A DNA stretch of 64,000 nucleotides. It comes from Anaerolineae bacterium. GTDB taxonomy: Bacteria; Chloroflexota; Anaerolineae; UBA1429. Of the stretch, positions 17,174 through 28,452 are shown one piece after another (within the stretch, counting starts at the first letter, position 1; every line of letters starts with the position of its first letter). Both the position numbers and the translations under genes were made by a program. The notes under the pieces are model-generated. The model had not been told where the DNA came from, did no database searches, and worked only from the letters and a program-made list of their open reading frames with translations. The DNA is taken from assembly GCA_040766725.1 (NCBI GenBank), contig JAXGPZ010000001.1, positions 2,947,215 through 3,011,214 of the forward strand, written 5' to 3'.

Positions 17174-18829
17174 ATGTTGCGGAAAAAGTCGTTGTTCGCA
17201 GTGCTGGCGGTCTTGATGGCGCTGGCAATCGTCCTCAGCGGCTGTGCCAAGGGCGGCGCCACGGGCCCCGAGCTCAACATGAACCTGAACACCGAGCCGC
17301 CGACGGCCGACCCCTCGTTGGCCACCGACACCACCTCGGTGCAGGTCGATGAGCTGCTGTTCCTCGGTCTGACCGACTTTGATGACCAGACGCTCGAGGT
17401 CATCCCCGAGTTGGCCACCGAGTGGAGCGTCTCGGCCGACGGTCTCGAGTGGACCTTCAAGATGCGCGATGACGTGTTCTGGGTCCGCTACAACCCCGAG
17501 AACGGCAAGGTCGAAAAGCTCGACAAGGTCACCGCCCATGACGTGGTCTATGGCGTCAAGCGCACCATCGACCCCAACACGGCTTCGGACTATGCCTACG
17601 TCGACTATATCATCAAGAATGCCTATGCCGTGAACACGGGCGAGTCGACCGATCTCGACTCGGTGGGCGTTGAGGCGGTGGACGACTTTACAGTCAAGTT
17701 CACCCTCGAGCAGCCGGCCGGTTACTTCCCCGGCATCGCCGGCATGTGGGTCAACCGCGCGCAGCCGCGCGAGGCCATCGAGACCTACGCCGAAAAGTGG
17801 ACGGAGCCCGGCAACATCGTCACCAACGGCTCGTACGTGATGACCGAATGGGCGCACGAGAGCCACATGACGATGATCAAGAACCCGCACTATTTCGATG
17901 CCAAGAACGTCCAGATCGGCAAGATCAACTGGGCCATGGTCGTCGAGGAATCGACCTCCTTTGCCATGTACGAGAACGGCGAACTGGATGTGGCGGCCGC
18001 GCCGCTGGCCGACATCGACCGCATCAAGGCCGACGCGACGCTGTCTGCCGAGCTGTACATTGCGCCGAACCTGTGCACCTACTACTACGGGTTCAACAAC
18101 ACCAAGCCGCCCTTTGACAACAAGCTGGTGCGTCAGGCCTTCTCGGCGGCCATCGACCGTCAGAAGTTGATCGACACGGTGCTCAAGGGCGAGCAGAAGC
18201 CGGCCAAGACCTTTGCATGCCCGGGCATCTTTGGCAGCCCCGCTGAAGACCCCAACTTTGAGGGTATCACGTTTGACCCGGCCAGGGCCAAGCAGCTCCT
18301 CTCGGACGCTGGCTTCCCCAACGGCGAGGGCCTGCCCGAGATCACCCTCATGATCAACACGTCCGAAGGCCACCAGAAGATCGCCGAGTTCATCCAGGCA
18401 TCCTGGAAGGAGAACCTGGGCGTCGAAGTGCAGCTCGCCAACCAAGAGTGGGCGGTCTACCTGAAGACGGTGCATGAGGATGCGCCGCAGGTCTACCGCA
18501 TGGGTTGGTGCGCCGACTACCCCGACGAGAACAACTGGGTCGGCGAGGTCTTTCACCCGATCAAGGGCTCCAACGAGCCCAAGTGGGACCCCGAGTCAGA
18601 GTCGGCCAAGCGCTACATGCAGCTGGTGGAAGACGCTGCTGCCTCTTCCGATCCCGAAGAGCGTCAACAGCTCTACCATGAGGCCGAGCAGATTCTGACT
18701 GTGGATGAGGCCGTTATCGCGCCGATCTACTACTACACCCGCGTTGTGCTCACCAAGCCGTATGTGAACCGCACCTATGCCCCGTTGGGCGGCGAGCATA
18801 TCGACAAGTGGAGCATCGAGGGCAAGTAG
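17174..18829 (+). CDS. ABC transporter substrate-binding lipoprotein, family 5 (oligopeptide/dipeptide type)
   Basis: Lipobox 'LSGCAKG'; family-5 SBP motifs ('WEFKMRDDVFW', 'YRMGWCADYPDENNW'). Confidence 0.85.
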   Translation: MLRKKSLFAVLAVLMALAIVLSGCAKGGATGPELNMNLNTEPPTADPSLATDTTSVQVDELLFLGLTDFDDQTLEVIPELATEWSVSADGLEWTFKMRDDVFWVRYNPENGKVEKLDKVTAHDVVYGVKRTIDPNTASDYAYVDYIIKNAYAVNTGESTDLDSVGVEAVDDFTVKFTLEQPAGYFPGIAGMWVNRAQPREAIETYAEKWTEPGNIVTNGSYVMTEWAHESHMTMIKNPHYFDAKNVQIGKINWAMVVEESTSFAMYENGELDVAAAPLADIDRIKADATLSAELYIAPNLCTYYYGFNNTKPPFDNKLVRQAFSAAIDRQKLIDTVLKGEQKPAKTFACPGIFGSPAEDPNFEGITFDPARAKQLLSDAGFPNGEGLPEITLMINTSEGHQKIAEFIQASWKENLGVEVQLANQEWAVYLKTVHEDAPQVYRMGWCADYPDENNWVGEVFHPIKGSNEPKWDPESESAKRYMQLVEDAAASSDPEERQQLYHEAEQILTVDEAVIAPIYYYTRVVLTKPYVNRTYAPLGGEHIDKWSIEGK

Positions 18830-18848
18830 CCCCTGCGCGTCAGTGCCA

Positions 18849-18890
18849 AAGAGACACGTGGCCGCAGGGCCACGTGTCTCTTCTTTTGTT
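18849..18890 (+). terminator. rho-independent terminator/attenuator between SBP and permease genes
   Basis: aagagacacgtggcc-gcag-ggccacgtgtctctt (15-bp perfect stem) followed by cttttgtt. Confidence 0.7.
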
Positions 18891-18995
18891 GTCAACTCGC
18901 TCTTTGGTGCTATACTGCACACATTATCGATCTGGCCGCGATGGGCGCCCGGGCCACACGACGTCTCCCATCGCGTTGGCTGAAGGAATGGTGCG

Positions 18996-19943
18996 ATGAG
19001 CCGCTTCATCATTCGACGTCTGCTATGGACCATACCCGTCATACTGTTCATCTCGATTGTGACGTTTTTGCTGGTGCATTCGGTGCCTGGGGGCCCTTTT
19101 GACAAGGAAAAGCCGCGTCCGGCCGAGATCCAGGCCAACTTGATGCGGCACTATGGCCTCGACCAGCCCCTGTGGAAGCAGTACACCGACTATATGGGTG
19201 TGACGCGCAACCCCAGCGGCAAGTTCGCGGGCATCTTGCAGTGGGATTTCGGGCCCTCGATTGCGCAGCGCAGCCGCACCGTCAATGAGATCTTTAAAGC
19301 CCATCTCCCTGTTTCGGCAGTGCTGGGCGTGGCCGCCTTGGCGATTGCTGTCGGACTGGGAGTGCCTCTGGGCATCGTTGCGGCCCTGAAACAGAACTCG
19401 CTGTGGGACTATTTGAGCATGGCCATCGCGATCGTGGGCGTCTCTGTGCCCAGCATCGTCATTGGTCCTTTGCTGATTCTCGTGTTCGCCCTCACGTTGG
19501 GGTGGCTGCCGGTGGCGGGGTGGGGCACGTTCAGACACATCATCATGCCCGCCCTGGCCCTGGGGCTCGGCTCCTCGGCCATCATCGCGCGGCTCACGCG
19601 AGCGAGCATGCTGCAGGTCATCCGCGAAGACTATATTCGCACCGCGCGCTCCAAGGGCCTCAGTGAAAAGGTCGTCATCGTGCGCCATGCGCTCAAGAAC
19701 GCCTTTATTCCCGTGGCCACGGTGCTGGGGCCGATGTTTGCGGCGCTGGTGACCGGGACCTTTGTGGTCGAGCAGATCTTTGCCATCCCGGGGTTGGGCA
19801 AGTACTTTATCAGCAGCATCACCAACCGCGACTATTCGGTGGTGATGGGCACCACCCTGCTCTATGCCCTCTTCCTGGTGGCCTCGAACCTGTTCGTCGA
19901 CATCACGTACGCATTCCTCGATCCTCGCATCCAGTACGAGTGA
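18996..19943 (+). CDS. ABC transporter permease (DppB/OppB-like)
   Basis: 6-TM permease with 'EAA-like' loop 'IREDYIRTARSKGL'; N-term 'MSRFIIRRLLWTIPVILFISIVTFLLVH'. Confidence 0.85.
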   Translation: MSRFIIRRLLWTIPVILFISIVTFLLVHSVPGGPFDKEKPRPAEIQANLMRHYGLDQPLWKQYTDYMGVTRNPSGKFAGILQWDFGPSIAQRSRTVNEIFKAHLPVSAVLGVAALAIAVGLGVPLGIVAALKQNSLWDYLSMAIAIVGVSVPSIVIGPLLILVFALTLGWLPVAGWGTFRHIIMPALALGLGSSAIIARLTRASMLQVIREDYIRTARSKGLSEKVVIVRHALKNAFIPVATVLGPMFAALVTGTFVVEQIFAIPGLGKYFISSITNRDYSVVMGTTLLYALFLVASNLFVDITYAFLDPRIQYE

Positions 19944-19959
19944 AAAGAAGGCTAGCGCG

Positions 19960-21036
19960 ATGACCAAGCAAGAAACCGCTGTGCGAGCCCTGGCCTCAGG
20001 CCGAGTTGACGCGCAGACCCCCGCCGGCGTGGGTCAGCAAAAAGTCACCAACCTCTGGCAAGATGCTCTTTACCGTTTGACTCGTAACCGTGCCGCTGTG
20101 TTGGGCCTGATCTTGATCGTCCTGCTCATCTTGATGTCGACCTTTGCCCATGTGGTGGCGCCGATGCACTTTACTGCCGGAGATGCCGCCCTCAACAACG
20201 CCGTGCCGCTGTGGCTCACCAAAGTGCTGCCGGGCCACATGGAGACCTACGCCCAGATCAGCAGTATCTACCCCGTTGGTGCAGACTATCTGGGGCGAGA
20301 CCTGCTTAGCCGCGTGATCTATGGCACGCGAGTGTCGCTGCCGGTCGGCTTTGTGGGCGCTATCACCGCGCTCATCATCGGGCTGATCTATGGCTCGATC
20401 TCTGGGTACTATGGCGGCAGGGTGGACAATGTGATGATGCGCATCGTCGACATCATGTACGCCTTTCCCACCATGCTGCTGATCATTTTGATGATGGCGT
20501 TCTTCAAGAGCAGTTTTGGCGGGGCTGCCCGGCCTGGCTCGCTGGCCTACGAGTTCAACCGCATCAACGCTGTGGTTGACAAGATCCTGGGCCTGCAGAG
20601 CGGCGGCATGCTCTTTATCTTTATCGGCATCGGCCTCACGGCCTGGATGGGCATCGCCAGGTTGGCGCGTGGCCAGATCCTGTCGCTCAAAGAGAAAGAG
20701 TTCATCCTCGCGTCGCACATGATCGGGGCCCGCGATGGCCGCATCATCTGGCGGCATATTCTGCCGAACATCATCGGCCCTATCCTCGTGTCGATCACCC
20801 TCGCCATTCCTGGGTACATTTCGACCGAAGTGTTCCTGAGCTTTATCGGACTGGGCGTCGATCCGCCGGCCCCGAGCTGGGGGTCGATGATCTCTGACGG
20901 CGCCAAAGCCTTGCGCTCATACCCGCACCAGGTGTTGCTGCCGGCGTTGTTCCTGGCCGTCACCATGTTCGCGTTCAACTTTCTGGGCGACGGCCTGCGT
21001 GACGCGCTCGATCCGCGTATGCGCGGCACCAAGTAG
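19960..21036 (+). CDS. ABC transporter permease (DppC/OppC-like)
   Basis: 'LGRDLLSRVIYGTRVSL' / 'ASHMIGARDGRIIWRHILPNI' OppC-type; start set at ATG 19960 just after upstream stop. Confidence 0.85.
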   Translation: MTKQETAVRALASGRVDAQTPAGVGQQKVTNLWQDALYRLTRNRAAVLGLILIVLLILMSTFAHVVAPMHFTAGDAALNNAVPLWLTKVLPGHMETYAQISSIYPVGADYLGRDLLSRVIYGTRVSLPVGFVGAITALIIGLIYGSISGYYGGRVDNVMMRIVDIMYAFPTMLLIILMMAFFKSSFGGAARPGSLAYEFNRINAVVDKILGLQSGGMLFIFIGIGLTAWMGIARLARGQILSLKEKEFILASHMIGARDGRIIWRHILPNIIGPILVSITLAIPGYISTEVFLSFIGLGVDPPAPSWGSMISDGAKALRSYPHQVLLPALFLAVTMFAFNFLGDGLRDALDPRMRGTK

Positions 21037-21098
21037 GGTCGGCGTCGCACGCATCGGGGCAACCTGAGCGTTGCGGCCTGGAGACAGGCGAGAGGTCT

Positions 21099-22769
21099 AT
21101 GTCGCGCAAGGGCTGGATCATTACCGCAGTCATCGTATCAGCGTTGCTGACGCTCATCTTGTGTGGCGGCGTGGCGGCGGTGGTGGCCTATCGCTCCATG
21201 GGTAGTGGCCAGGGCGCTCAAGGCGCAGCGCCAACGGCCACGGCGCCGGCGGCAGTCATCCCGGCAGGGGCCGGCGGCGGCCAGGTGCGCCTGGTAGGCA
21301 GCATGCCGCCCACCCTCGATCCAGCGCTGGTGCAGGATAGCACCTCGGGCGAGTACGTGGTGCACCTGTTCAGTGGCCTGGTGGCGCTGAATGCCGATCT
21401 AGAGGTGATCCCCGCGCTGGCCGAGCGCTGGGACACCAGTGCAGACGGTTGCACCTTTACATTCTACCTGCATCCTGAGGCTGCGTTTGGCGATGGCAAA
21501 CCGCTTGACGCGGCAGCGGTGGTGGCGTCGCTCGAACGCGCCTGCAGCCCCGAGCTGGCGTCGCCGGTGGCGCTCAGCTATCTGGACGACATCGTGGGCG
21601 CTGCCGCCTATCACTACGGTCAAGCCGACAGCATCGCCGGCCTCGAGGTGGTAGACGGGCACACGGTGCGCATCACCATCGATAGCCCCAAGAGCTACTT
21701 TTTGCCCAAGCTGACCTATCCTACGGCAGCGGTGATCGACGTCGAGCAGGCCGAGCGCAATCCGCAGACCTGGTTCGTCGAGCCCAACCCGAGCGGCCCC
21801 TTTGCGCTCGAAGAGATCTCGCGCGACCGCATCGTGCTGGTGCGCAACGAGCGCTATGTGGGCCGCCAGGCCAGCATCACGCGGGCCACGTACGACCTGA
21901 CGCCCAGGCTGCCGATCACCCAATACGAGATGGGCGAGATCGACATCACCCAGTTCGGCGGCTCTGAGCTCGACCGGGTGCTCGACCCCTACAATCCGCT
22001 GCATGACGAGTATCTGGCCGTGCCAGAGTTGAGCGTGCAATACCTGGGCTTTAACCTGGATGCGCCCCCGTTCGATGATCCGCTGGTGCGTCAGGCCCTG
22101 GCCCATGCGGTCGACCGCGAAAAGCTGGCCACGCTGGTGCTCAATCGCTCGGCCGTGGCCGCCTACACCGTGTTGCCGCCCAACATGCCCGGCTACGTGG
22201 CCGCAACGCCCGGCGCCGTGCCCATGTATGACCCTGAGAAGGCACGGCAACTGCTCGCGGCGTCGTCGTACGGCGGCCCCGAACAGTTGCCGCCTATCGT
22301 CCTCACCGTGGCCGGCACCACCGGCCACATGAGCGCAGTCGACCGGGCCCTGCTGGCCATGTTCGAAGAGACCCTGGGCATCAAGATGACCGTCGAGCAG
22401 GTCGAGTGGGCCGACATGCTGCAAGATATGAACGAACGACGTTTTCAGGTATACTCGGCTGGCTGGATCGCGGATTTTCCCGACCCGCAGAACTTTATCG
22501 ATGTGCAGTTTCACAGCGCCAGTCCGCACAATGACACGGGCTATGCTAACGCAGAGGTCGATCGACTGCTGGAGCAGGCCCGCGTAGAGCAAGATCAGGC
22601 GCAGCGGATGGCCCTCTACGCCGAAGCAGAGCGGCTCATCCTCAGTGATGCTCCGTGGGTCACCCTGACCCACGGCTATGCTTATTATCTCGTCAAACCG
22701 TACGTCCGGGGGTTCAGAGGCAACGCTGCCCTCCACCCCTGGTTGTGTGATATCTACATCTTTAATTAG
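21099..22769 (+). CDS. second family-5 ABC substrate-binding protein, N-terminal TM-anchored (not lipobox)
   Basis: N-terminal TM helix 'IITAVIVSALLTLILCGGVAAVVAY'; family-5 SBP body ('AGWIADFPDPQNF'). Confidence 0.8.
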   Translation: MSRKGWIITAVIVSALLTLILCGGVAAVVAYRSMGSGQGAQGAAPTATAPAAVIPAGAGGGQVRLVGSMPPTLDPALVQDSTSGEYVVHLFSGLVALNADLEVIPALAERWDTSADGCTFTFYLHPEAAFGDGKPLDAAAVVASLERACSPELASPVALSYLDDIVGAAAYHYGQADSIAGLEVVDGHTVRITIDSPKSYFLPKLTYPTAAVIDVEQAERNPQTWFVEPNPSGPFALEEISRDRIVLVRNERYVGRQASITRATYDLTPRLPITQYEMGEIDITQFGGSELDRVLDPYNPLHDEYLAVPELSVQYLGFNLDAPPFDDPLVRQALAHAVDREKLATLVLNRSAVAAYTVLPPNMPGYVAATPGAVPMYDPEKARQLLAASSYGGPEQLPPIVLTVAGTTGHMSAVDRALLAMFEETLGIKMTVEQVEWADMLQDMNERRFQVYSAGWIADFPDPQNFIDVQFHSASPHNDTGYANAEVDRLLEQARVEQDQAQRMALYAEAERLILSDAPWVTLTHGYAYYLVKPYVRGFRGNAALHPWLCDIYIFN

Positions 22770-22803
22770 GGGGAGCACTTTCCCCTCAGGAGGCAGCGAT
22801 TCT

Positions 22804-23792
<989 letters not shown>

Positions 23793-23796
<4 letters not shown>

Positions 23797-24800
23797 CGCA
23801 GGAAGCACTTTTGCAGGTTCGCGACCTAAAGATGTACTTTCCGATCACCCGAGGCATTCTGGTGCAGCGCCACGTGGGCGACATCAAGGCTGTCGACGGT
23901 GTGAGTTTTGATGTGTTCCGCGGCGAGACGCTGGGCCTGGTGGGCGAGAGCGGTTGCGGCAAGTCGACCACAGGTCGCGCCATCTTGCAGCTCTACCGGC
24001 CCACCGCCGGCCAAGTGCTGTTCCAGGGCCAGAACCTCACCGAACTCAAGGGTGAGCCGCTCCGCAAGATGCGTCGCAGCATGCAGATGATCTTTCAGGA
24101 TCCCTACGCCTCGCTGAACCCGCGCATGACGGTGGGTGGCATCGTGGGCGAGCCGTTCGAGGTGCACAACATCTTGCCCAAGAGCCAGCGCCGGCAGCGC
24201 GTCCAAGAGCTGCTCGAGATCGTGGGGCTCAACCCGTATTTCATCAACCGCTATCCCCACGAGTTCTCAGGGGGGCAGCGCCAGCGCATCGGTGTGGCGC
24301 GCGCCCTGGCTGTGAACCCCGATTTCATCGTCTGCGACGAGCCGATCTCGGCGCTCGACGTGTCGATTCAGGCGCAGGTGATCAACCTTCTGGAAGAGCT
24401 CCAGGAGCAGTTCAACCTGACCTATCTGTTCATCGCCCATGACCTCTCGGTGGTGCGGCACATCAGCACCCGCATCGCGGTGATGTATCTTGGCAAGATT
24501 GTCGAGCTGGCCAGCCGCCGTGAGCTGTACACCGAGCCCATGCACCCCTACACGCAGGCGTTGCTCTCAGCCGTGCCCATCCCCGACCCGGAAGTCGAGG
24601 ACCATCGCCAGCGCATCATCTTGCAGGGCGATGTGCCCAGCCCGGCAAACCCGCCCTTGGGCTGCAACTTTTGCACGCGTTGCCCCGTCAAGCTGGAGAT
24701 GTGCGACACGGTCGAGCCGGACTTTGTCGAGTACAAGCCGGGGCACTTTTGCGCCTGCCATCGCGTCGAACGCGAGCTGGGGCGCCCCACGGCCAGCTGA
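23793..24800 (+). CDS. ABC transporter ATP-binding protein (OppF/DppF-like)
   Basis: Walker A 'GESGCGKST', '[15 protein letters not shown]', '[11 protein letters not shown]'; ATGA overlap with upstream gene. Confidence 0.85.
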
Positions 24801-24821
24801 ACCGGGCAGAGGTAAGACTCA

Positions 24822-24850
24822 AGAGGGAGAGCGCCAGGCGCTCTCCCTCT
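24822..24850. terminator. hairpin between convergent ABC ATPase (+) and anti-sigma (-) genes; likely bidirectional terminator
   Basis: agagggagagcgcc..ggcgctctccctct inverted repeat followed by cttcatt on + strand. Confidence 0.5.
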
Positions 24851-24852
24851 CT

Positions 24853-25185
24853 TCATTGGCGGGCCACGCGTCGCATCAGCAGCGCCACGCCCGTGAGGCT
24901 CAATGCGATGGCCACGGCAGAGGTCAAGATCAACCAGCGGCTGGGCGCAGGGGCGCGCTGCACCGTCACGCCGATGCTGCGCGTACGAGCGGCCATGTCG
25001 AGCCTCTCGGCCAACTGGCGTCGAAAGGGCTCGGGCGGGCGCACCTGAGTGACGGCCCCGTGCAGGGCGCACTCGAGTTGGGTCACCTCTTCGGGCGCCG
25101 GCGCCCCGCTCAGCGCGCGCCTCAACCTATACCAGCCAGATGCGAGCTCTTGCCGAAATCGAGCCCTAAGGTCGACTCTCATCAC
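24853..25185 (-). CDS. putative membrane-anchored anti-sigma factor
   Basis: 110 aa, single C-terminal TM ('WLILTSAVAIALSLTGVALLM'), immediately downstream of and overlapping ECF sigma gene. Confidence 0.5.
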   Translation of the reverse strand: MMRVDLRARFRQELASGWYRLRRALSGAPAPEEVTQLECALHGAVTQVRPPEPFRRQLAERLDMAARTRSIGVTVQRAPAPSRWLILTSAVAIALSLTGVALLMRRVARQ

Positions 25186-25750
25186 CCAACATCCCCCGCT
25201 TTTCTATCTCGCGGCGCAACTGCAGCAGCGTGCGGTGGTACAATGACTTGATGGCGCCTTCGGTGCGCCCCATGATGCGCCCCACCTCGGCGTTCGACAG
25301 CTCCTCGTGGAACTTGAGATAAAGCAACTCCTGCCGCGTCGCGTCGAGGGTGGCCATCAGTTCACCCAGCAGGCGCGCCTCGTCACTGCTGGCCGCAAGA
25401 TGCTCCGGGTGCAACTGCGGATCGCTGTGGATAACCAGGTCATCGAGCGCCACCATCTGACGCCGTTTGCTATCTCGATACCAGTTGGCCACCAGATTGT
25501 GCGCAATGCGATAGAGCCAGGCTGAAAAGGCAAAACCCTTGTCCTGGTAATCATCGAGGTGAGCAAAGGCGCGGAAAAAGGTGCGTGAGGTCAGATCCTC
25601 AGCGTCGTGCGCATTGCCCACGCGATGGTAGATATAGTTGTAGATGCGATCGACATAGTGCTCATAGATGGCGCCAAAAGCCGCCGGATCGGCCTGCGCC
25701 GCCCGCACGCGCTCCTGGTCTTGCCACTCGTGCACGTCCGGCTCGTTCAA
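25166..25750 (-). CDS. RNA polymerase ECF-type sigma-70 factor
   Basis: Region 2 'YEHYVDRIYNYIYHRVGNAHDAEDLTSRTFFRAF', region 4 'LSNAEVGRIMGRTEGAIKSLYHRTLLQLR'. Confidence 0.8.
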   Translation of the reverse strand: MNEPDVHEWQDQERVRAAQADPAAFGAIYEHYVDRIYNYIYHRVGNAHDAEDLTSRTFFRAFAHLDDYQDKGFAFSAWLYRIAHNLVANWYRDSKRRQMVALDDLVIHSDPQLHPEHLAASSDEARLLGELMATLDATRQELLYLKFHEELSNAEVGRIMGRTEGAIKSLYHRTLLQLRREIEKRGMLGDESRP

Positions 25751-25883
25751 CAGTCAGTAACACCTCGCGCAAGTTCAGGTTGCGGCCCCTCAATCAGGCC
25801 TACGCCGACAACTTAGTCTATGGGCATCGCCATCTGAACGCAAAGACGGCTGGCCAGAGCCAGCCGTCGCATTGGGGGGGATG

Positions 25884-26078
25884 TCAGTGTCGCCTGGGCG
25901 CAAGCAGCATCGACAGGTGGCGGCGATGCAACCACAAGAGCAATGCCGCCGGCGCTCCCAGGCCCAGCAGCACCGGCACAACGATGGGTATGTTCACACA
26001 GCCACGCGCCGAAGCGCAGATCAGCGGCAGAAAGAGGCCCAGCCAGATCGTCATACCCCAACCCACTCTGCTATCCAT
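25884..26078 (-). CDS. small (65 aa) two-TM membrane protein, first gene of the sigma/anti-sigma operon
   Basis: Perfect GAGGAGG RBS 7 nt before ATG 26078; 'MDSRVGWGMTIWLGLFLPLICAS...IVVPVLLGLGAPAALLLWL'; the ORF track lists a 5'-extended version. Confidence 0.45.
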   Translation of the reverse strand: MDSRVGWGMTIWLGLFLPLICASARGCVNIPIVVPVLLGLGAPAALLLWLHRRHLSMLLAPRRH

Positions 26079-26284
26079 GACAGCACCTCCTCGAGAGCAG
26101 GCCGCAACCGGCACGACGCATGACGCGGGCCGACTGGGTGCGACCAAGGCTCAACCCGCTCTCACTTACAACATAACATAATCCAGGGGTGTCGTCAATA
26201 GTGTGTCGGCGGCTGGCAACCTAGCCAGTCTCCATCCGCCGGTTGCCGGCAAGGCGCGGGGTGCAGCATCCGCCTCAACGCTGC

Positions 26285-26290
26285 TATAAT
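26285..26290 (+). promoter_or_regulatory. TATAAT -10 hexamer 6 nt upstream of the histidine-kinase ATG (possible leaderless transcript)
   Basis: gcTATAATgagacgATG at 26283-26299. Confidence 0.3.
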
Positions 26291-26296
26291 GAGACG

Positions 26297-28165
26297 ATGA
26301 AAGCACGTCAGCAGCTCATCGAGCCCACCGAGGCGAACCGACCGGCGTGGTCGGCCGGCAGTGCCCTGCCGCCATGGCGCTGGCTGCAACGCGCCGGCCT
26401 ACGGGCGCAACTGCTGGCCACCACAGCGTTGCCGCTGCTGATTCTGATGGCGATCGTGGCGGTGGTGGGCCTGACGACCTATACGCACATGACGCAGTCT
26501 CTCGTCCAGGATCGTGACGCCGAGCTGGCAGGGCTCTCGGCGCGTCAGGTGGCCGACCACTGGGCCGAGACATTGCTGCTCCTCTCGCAAGTGGCCGGCT
26601 CCAATGAGTTGCGCAGCGGCGATCCTGTCAGCGCCGGGCAGATTCTGGCCGCCAACGATGCGCTGCTCCGTCGCTTTGACGACCTGCTGGCCACCAATGC
26701 CAGTGGCGAGGTGATGGCCAGCACCGGCGCCACCCCTCTGCCCACGCTCGCCGATCAGCCCGTGTTCGTGCGGGCGCGCGACGATCGCCGTCCGGTGCGC
26801 TCGACGGTCTTGCGCTCAGAGCAGGGCGCCGACGTGATCCTGGTAGCGGTGCCGGTCTATGACCAGAACCGGCGCTTTGGCGGCTGCCTGGTGGGCGTGT
26901 GGGAGCTGGGTGGCGACGGCATCGCTGCGCCCCTCAGGCTCGTCAGAGCGGGCTCGGCTGCTTTCTCCTATCTGGTCGATGAAGAGGGGCGCGTCTTGTG
27001 GCACCCGCAGGCCGCCCTGGTGGGGCAGGTGGTCGCCGACCACCCCGCTGTGGCGCGAGCGCTCTCTGGGGCCACGGGCGCCGAAACAGTGGCCGATGGC
27101 GGCCGCACCCTGGTGGTGGGCTATGGGCCCATCCCTGCCAACGCGCTCAGCAGCTCGCTCTTTGCCGACCCGAGCTGGCAGGGGTGGATGCTGTTCGTCA
27201 GCGAACGCTGGGAGGACATCACGGCGCCCTTCCGCCCCTTCTTGGTGCTGGTGTCGTTGCTGATCACGCTGATGGTGCTGGTGCCACTGTTGCTGCTCGC
27301 CTTTAGCAGCCAGCAGGTGATCGCCCCGCTACAATCGTTGGTGGCGCAGGTCGACCGGGTGGCGGCTGGCGAGTTCAGCACGCAGGTCTCGGTCAACCGT
27401 GGGCCGAGCGAGGTGCGCAACCTCGAGCTCAAGTTCAACGAGATGGTGGCGCAACTGCGGCGCTACCAGGCCGACATCCAGAACTATGTCACCTCGGTGC
27501 TGAACGGCCAGGAAGAGGAGCGCAAGCGCATTGCCCGCGAGCTGCATGACGAGACGGCGCAGATGTTGATCGTCATCGGTCGGCGCATCGAGGATGCCCA
27601 GGAGCAGGCCACCGACGCGCCCCTCAAGGCCTCGTTGGGCGAGCTACGCGACATGGTCGACAACACCCTCGAGGGCGTGCGTCGCTTTACCAGCGACCTG
27701 CGCCCGCCCTTGCTTGAGGAGCTGGGACTGGCCAACACCATCGAGATCCTCGGGCGACGCACAGCCCGCGAAGACAACCTCGATGTGGAGGTCGAGATCA
27801 GCGGCGAGCCACAGGCCTTGCCGCCTGAACATGAGCTGGCGCTGTATCGGCTGGCGCAAGAGGGCCTCAGCAACGTGCGCCGCCATGCCAGTGCCACCCG
27901 GGTCGACATGGCGCTGCGCTACGAGCCCGCAGCCGTCACCCTGACCATCACCGACGACGGCGTCGGCTTTAGCGTGCCGCAAGACACCTCGGCGCTGGTG
28001 GCAGGCGGGCGTCTGGGGCTCATGGGCATCTATGAGCGCGCCCGTCTGTTGGGCGGCACCGCGAAAATCACTTCAGCCGAGGGCCAAGGCACCACCATCC
28101 GGGTCACCTTGCCGATGGACGCGGCCGCTAGCAGAGCGGCCTCGGCCCACCAGGGTCAGGCTTGA
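26297..28165 (+). CDS. sensor histidine kinase (NarL-partner type: Cache-like sensor, HAMP, HisKA_3, HATPase_c)
   Basis: TM1, then a periplasmic domain and TM2. HAMP-like 'LQSLVAQVDRVAAGEF'. 'RKRIARELHDETAQML' HisKA_3 His box. C-terminal 'GVGF...GGRLGLMGIYERARLLGG' ATPase G-boxes. Confidence 0.8.
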   Translation: MKARQQLIEPTEANRPAWSAGSALPPWRWLQRAGLRAQLLATTALPLLILMAIVAVVGLTTYTHMTQSLVQDRDAELAGLSARQVADHWAETLLLLSQVAGSNELRSGDPVSAGQILAANDALLRRFDDLLATNASGEVMASTGATPLPTLADQPVFVRARDDRRPVRSTVLRSEQGADVILVAVPVYDQNRRFGGCLVGVWELGGDGIAAPLRLVRAGSAAFSYLVDEEGRVLWHPQAALVGQVVADHPAVARALSGATGAETVADGGRTLVVGYGPIPANALSSSLFADPSWQGWMLFVSERWEDITAPFRPFLVLVSLLITLMVLVPLLLLAFSSQQVIAPLQSLVAQVDRVAAGEFSTQVSVNRGPSEVRNLELKFNEMVAQLRRYQADIQNYVTSVLNGQEEERKRIARELHDETAQMLIVIGRRIEDAQEQATDAPLKASLGELRDMVDNTLEGVRRFTSDLRPPLLEELGLANTIEILGRRTAREDNLDVEVEISGEPQALPPEHELALYRLAQEGLSNVRRHASATRVDMALRYEPAAVTLTITDDGVGFSVPQDTSALVAGGRLGLMGIYERARLLGGTAKITSAEGQGTTIRVTLPMDAAASRAASAHQGQA

Positions 28166-28333
28166 GCGCTAACATCGGCATAAATGCGGATATCGAATGG
28201 CTAATTTGGCGGATGGTTCCCAGGTCGATCCCCGGTATGATAGGGTCGTGGCGGGAAGGAGACGACGGCTTTCCTGCAACAAGCTGAATTCCATCCGGCG
28301 TGGGATCAGCACTCTTCTCCTCCTTGGTTTGGC

Positions 28334-28373
28334 GGGCCTCGATGACCGCATTGGGCGGCGGTCATCGAGGCCC
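28334..28373 (+). promoter_or_regulatory. perfect 14-bp inverted repeat hairpin in the 318-nt HK-RR spacer
   Basis: gggcctcgatgacc(28334-28347)-12 nt loop-ggtcatcgaggccc(28360-28373); no downstream T-tract. Confidence 0.4.
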
Positions 28374-28446
28374 GTCAGCGTGTTGGCCCAAGGCGCCCCA
28401 GCTCTACGCGCTCTCGGGCGCTCCTTGCGGAGCATGTGCCCCGACC

Positions 28447-28452
28447 TATAAT
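28447..28452 (+). promoter_or_regulatory. TATAAT -10 hexamer upstream of response-regulator gene
   Basis: ccTATAATgcacc ~30 nt before ATG 28484. Confidence 0.3.

Noticed and set aside
25751-26296. 546-nt intergenic region checked for tRNA/tRNA-Sec or other structured RNA
   Set aside because: No cloverleaf-compatible segment (acceptor/T-arm GTTC-like) was seen. The region is instead explained by a small membrane-protein ORF with a perfect RBS and a promoter for the histidine kinase.
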